Position numbers and translations under genes: made by a program. Below the pieces are notes generated by a model. The model saw only the letters and a list, made by a program, of their open reading frames with translations, was not told where the DNA came from and searched no databases. A stretch of DNA of 64,000 bases from Squalus acanthias (Eukaryota): NCBI GenBank assembly GCA_030390025.1, contig CM059429.1, forward strand, positions 66,960,001-67,024,000, given 5' to 3'. Shown here piece by piece: positions 62,656-64,000 of this stretch. Numbering within the stretch: the stretch's first letter is position 1; the number at the start of each line of letters is the position of its first letter.

Positions 62656-64000
62656 CTGCCACACAAAACAAAATAATTACAATGTTGCATCCTTTCATTT
62701 CCCCCCCGCCCCACCCCACCTCTTCTCTAAATTTTCTCCCCTTCTTTTCCTGAAGGTTTTTACTTATTGCTGGGTAACATTTCATGGGTGCTGGTCACCC
62801 TCCTTGTCTAAGTGGCCACTGTTGATGTGGCAGCCTAGTCAGTGAATGTCGAAATGCTATTTGATCATTGAGGATCGACGAGCCTGGCAATGTCTTCACC
62901 CAAAGTCCACACTTGCACTTCCAATAGGAGTCACAGAAGAGCAATTGTGAATGGAAATCTTGGCTCATTTTTCCCCTTCTCTAAACCCAAGGACACCAAA
63001 CCCAACTATCGTAGCCTTATCGCTGTGCCAGCAAATTCAGCAGACTGGCGGTGGTAAAATCTGGGACGAGCTGCTCACGGGATTAATATGCTGAGCCACA
63101 ACAGTAGCTGCTAGTTTATCTTCAAATGATAAGCATGTCCAAAAATAACATATTTACATTACTTTTACATTAGCCTGAACTTTCCTATTGTGTATTCTTT
63201 TGTAAGAGTATTCTGTGCCTACAAACTATTTTTAGTTGCTAAAAGAATTATGGACAAGTTATTTGAAACACAGGAGGTGCAAGCGCCAGAAGAGGCCCAA
63301 GTAAAAAGATTGAGTGCACACTGAAGGAGGCAAATAGTTGAAATGTCATCCACTTACAACTACTTTCTCTTCACCAGTTGGGACTTTAGAGTGGCCATCA
63401 GCCACCCAGGTAAAGTACTGTCACTCTGTGATACTGATTTTTATAACTGATTTAAGAATTTGATGTCATATGATTCAAAGATTCTGTCCGTACGTCCTGC
63501 GTCCATCCCCACGCAATCAGATCAGAGCCATTACTCCTAAATGCATCCCTGTTGAATAACTGCTTGTTCCATTCGGTGTCAGATCCTCATCCTTGGATGT
63601 GTACCAGACATTGGCCACGCTGCTCCCGATCCACCACTACACTCGCAGCAACGTATTCTAATTATTTTTCCAACAAATTGTGGCGTGATTTCACCACTGG
63701 AGGATCGGGGAACACAACAGTCTAACTTATGGCGTTCGTCACCAATATCGTCTTTGCAGCGAATTCCGGGCCTGTATCTAGTCAGGTACAGGAATGTAAC
63801 AACCAGTCTAGTCTTATGTTAACACTCCACAGTGAACCACAAGAATGCTGGATAAAGTACTTTAGCTCTGGTCTTTATTATTCTTTCTATGTGGTTCAAA
63901 CTCCATAGAAAATTCAATAGTGTGTTGGTCAAACAGGAGAAAAACCACTGGCACACTATGCTCTTAAGAGCCGGACGCCATTCTGAAGAAATACAAGTTT

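Noticed and set aside
62656-64000. Upstream UGGT1 exon or promoter
   Set aside because: No matching peptide with splice sites found; the region appears intronic.

Overview
Vertebrate genomic DNA, almost certainly from a cartilaginous fish (shark-type CR1 LINEs, an HE1-type V-SINE, Penelope-like elements). The window lies entirely inside one minus-strand gene, UGGT1 (ER UDP-glucose:glycoprotein glucosyltransferase 1). I traced 24 consecutive GT-AG coding exons from 62655 down to 437. Together they give 2744 nt in one continuous frame (~914 codons, thioredoxin-like sensor region), including a 24-nt microexon (GMSSREIY). The start and the catalytic C-terminus lie outside the window. The introns are full of mobile DNA: CR1, L2-like and RTE LINEs, SINEs, and Harbinger-, hAT- and pogo-type non-autonomous elements. 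The most striking structure is a young Penelope-like insertion (15359-16660): ~433-bp near-perfect inverted repeats, each with a minimal hammerhead ribozyme, around an open GIY-YIG endonuclease domain with no RT. Several short hammerhead-bearing Penelope-derived insertions with 12-15-bp target-site duplications also occur. I found no clearly new multi-gene system; the candidates for novelty are at the RNA, transposon and splicing level. Family names come from recalled motifs, not database searches, and repeat boundaries are approximate unless TSDs or TIRs are given.
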